A stretch of 64,000 nt of DNA from positions 32,001 through 96,000 of the forward strand of contig CAWJKV010000005.1 in assembly GCA_963843555.1 (NCBI GenBank). Direction: 5' to 3'. This stretch comes from an uncultured Methanosarcinales archaeon (GTDB lineage Archaea; Halobacteriota; Methanosarcinia; Methanotrichales; Methanotrichaceae). A program made the position numbers and the translations under genes. Positions 63,794-64,000 of the stretch are shown piece by piece. Under the pieces are notes generated by a model. It did no database searches. It saw nothing but the letters and a program-made list of their open reading frames with translations, and was not told the origin of the DNA. Each line of letters opens with the position of its first letter. Positions within the stretch are counted from its first letter, which is position 1.

Positions 63794-64000
63794 TCAGAAA
63801 GGCCGGACGCCGGCAGCGAGGCATCCTGCCAGGAATCCCAGAATCACACCGGAGTTGAGAAAAGGCAGTCCCGCCTGGGGACGATCCCTTGAGGTCGTCG
63901 CTAAAATGAGAAAACCAAGGTATGTGCCCAGCATTGCCCCAATGACGGGCAGGTTCAGACCGAAGCCCAAGGCAGGAAACGACCAGCTGGCTGAAACCAC
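63794..64000 (-). CDS. Presenilin-family intramembrane aspartyl protease, C-terminal part (truncated by window edge)
   Basis: PQAGLPFLNSG (PAL-equivalent motif) after hydrophobic helices. Confidence 0.8.
   Translation of the reverse strand: MVSASWSFPALGFGLNLPVIGAMLGTYLGFLILATTSRDRPQAGLPFLNSGVILGFLAGCLAAGVRPF

Overview
Chromosomal window from a methanogenic euryarchaeon, most consistent with Methanothrix/Methanosaeta (inferred from gene content and protein style: MC1, Fae-Hps, NpdG, CetZ, thermosome, NosD/CASH surface proteins). It is mostly housekeeping: cbiCDE, a probable replication origin (ORB boxes around an AT-rich tract upstream of cdc6/orc1), aspS, purC, thermosome, ABCE1, Nob1, alaS, purH, trm1, two amtB-glnK operons, thiC, cetZ and nadC/nadX. 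Many genes, including essential ones such as cdc6 and alaS, are broken by single-base indels, which points to uncorrected long-read error rather than true pseudogenes. The best candidate for an undescribed system is a three-gene operon at 6688-10758: a KaiC-like ATPase, a CbrX-like small membrane protein and an SLC5-STAC transporter-sensor whose usual histidine kinase is replaced by two DUF835 domains. Other notable items are a cluster of exported CxxC-rich rhodanese-like proteins beside a thioredoxin-CcdA/DsbD fusion, three local partial gene duplications (one enclosing a toxin-antitoxin pair at the alaS 3' end), a shared palindrome upstream of both amtB-glnK operons, and a twin-hairpin element upstream of thiC. 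No rRNA, tRNA or CRISPR array was seen. All family assignments come from motif recognition by eye; no database searches were run.
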